NCBI GenBank assembly: GCA_963728305.1
Contig: CAVSKE010000014.1
Coordinates: forward strand, 142,374-206,373
DNA: 64,000 nt
Direction of reading: 5' to 3'
Origin: an uncultured Acidobacteriota bacterium
GTDB taxonomy: Bacteria > Acidobacteriota > Vicinamibacteria > Vicinamibacterales > UBA2999
Shown in pieces: positions 63,777-64,000 of the stretch (positions within the stretch are counted from its first letter, which is position 1; each line of letters opens with the position of its first letter). Under the pieces are notes generated by a model. The model ran no database searches. It saw nothing but the letters and a program-made list of their open reading frames with translations, and was not told the origin of the DNA. The translations under genes and the position numbers were made by a program.

Positions 63777-64000
63777 GTGACTCGCTCGCGCACATATCAG
63801 GTGAAGGACGTCGCCCGGCTCACCGGCGTCTCCGTCCGCACGCTGCATCACTACGACGCCATCGGGCTGCTCGTGCCCGGCGCCAGAACCGCGGCCGGCT
63901 ATCGCCTGTACACCGAGGCTGACCTGTTGCGGCTGCAGCAGATCCTCATCGGGCGCGAGCTCGGTCTCCCGCTGGAAGAGATCCGGCGGTCGCTCGACGA
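63777..64000 (+). CDS. MerR-family transcriptional regulator, 3' end cut by window edge
   Basis: Own translation from GTG 63777: VTRSRTYQVKDVARLTGVSVRTLHHYDAIGLLVPGARTAAGYRLYTEADLLRLQQILIGRELGLPLEEIRRSLD, a MerR HTH. Confidence 0.75.
   Translation, partial: MTRSRTYQVKDVARLTGVSVRTLHHYDAIGLLVPGARTAAGYRLYTEADLLRLQQILIGRELGLPLEEIRRSLD

Overview
GC-rich bacterial chromosomal segment; third codon positions are almost uniformly G/C. The gene content suggests an Acidobacteriota-like soil bacterium, but that call is tentative and no search was run. It rests on a CarboxypepD_reg-type TonB receptor, a Ser/Thr kinase fused to a TolB-like propeller, a PEGA protein and repeat lipoproteins. I read about 58 protein-coding genes and found no rRNA, tRNA, CRISPR array, transposase or integrase.

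Gene content by region:
- 1-15 kb: transporters, small regulator operons (PadR, GntR/YtrA) and members of an uncharacterised secreted-protein family that has four paralogues in the window.
- 15.8-21.6 kb: a BNR propeller plus a GG-ending MoaD-like gene pair, a zinc-ribbon methyltransferase, and a heavily frame-disrupted ppc.
- 24-33.6 kb: an apparent tannin/gallate catabolic locus. It holds a tannase-family esterase with a divergent PadR, two RraA/LigK-like aldolases, a LigB-type dioxygenase, a LigJ-like hydratase, an ACMSD-family amidohydrolase and an ABC importer.
- 34-54 kb: envelope and secreted proteins, including a TonB receptor, a Ser/Thr kinase, an Omp85-like barrel coupled to a secreted kinase-like protein, a choice-of-anchor-B protein, SIMPL, two tandem OmpA paralogues and a DNA ligase.

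Best candidate for an undescribed system (54.2-62.7 kb, minus strand):
- Three paralogous lipoproteins built from about 90-aa BACON-like repeats, each preceded by a conserved sigma-54-type -24/-12 element.
- These are followed by an outer-membrane beta-barrel, a Pro/Ala/Thr-rich single-pass protein with an NTF2-like end, and a small acidic protein.

Other non-genic signals:
- A REP-like hairpin family with a GTAG head, at least 13 copies.
- Three long low-complexity intergenic hairpins.
- An identical sigma-54-type element in front of both OmpA paralogues.

Caveats:
- Roughly 35 genes need one or more frame changes to be read through. This most likely reflects indel errors in the assembly.
- Whole-gene coordinates are therefore reconstructions, and stated frameshift positions are approximate.
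- All family calls come from motif recognition by eye.
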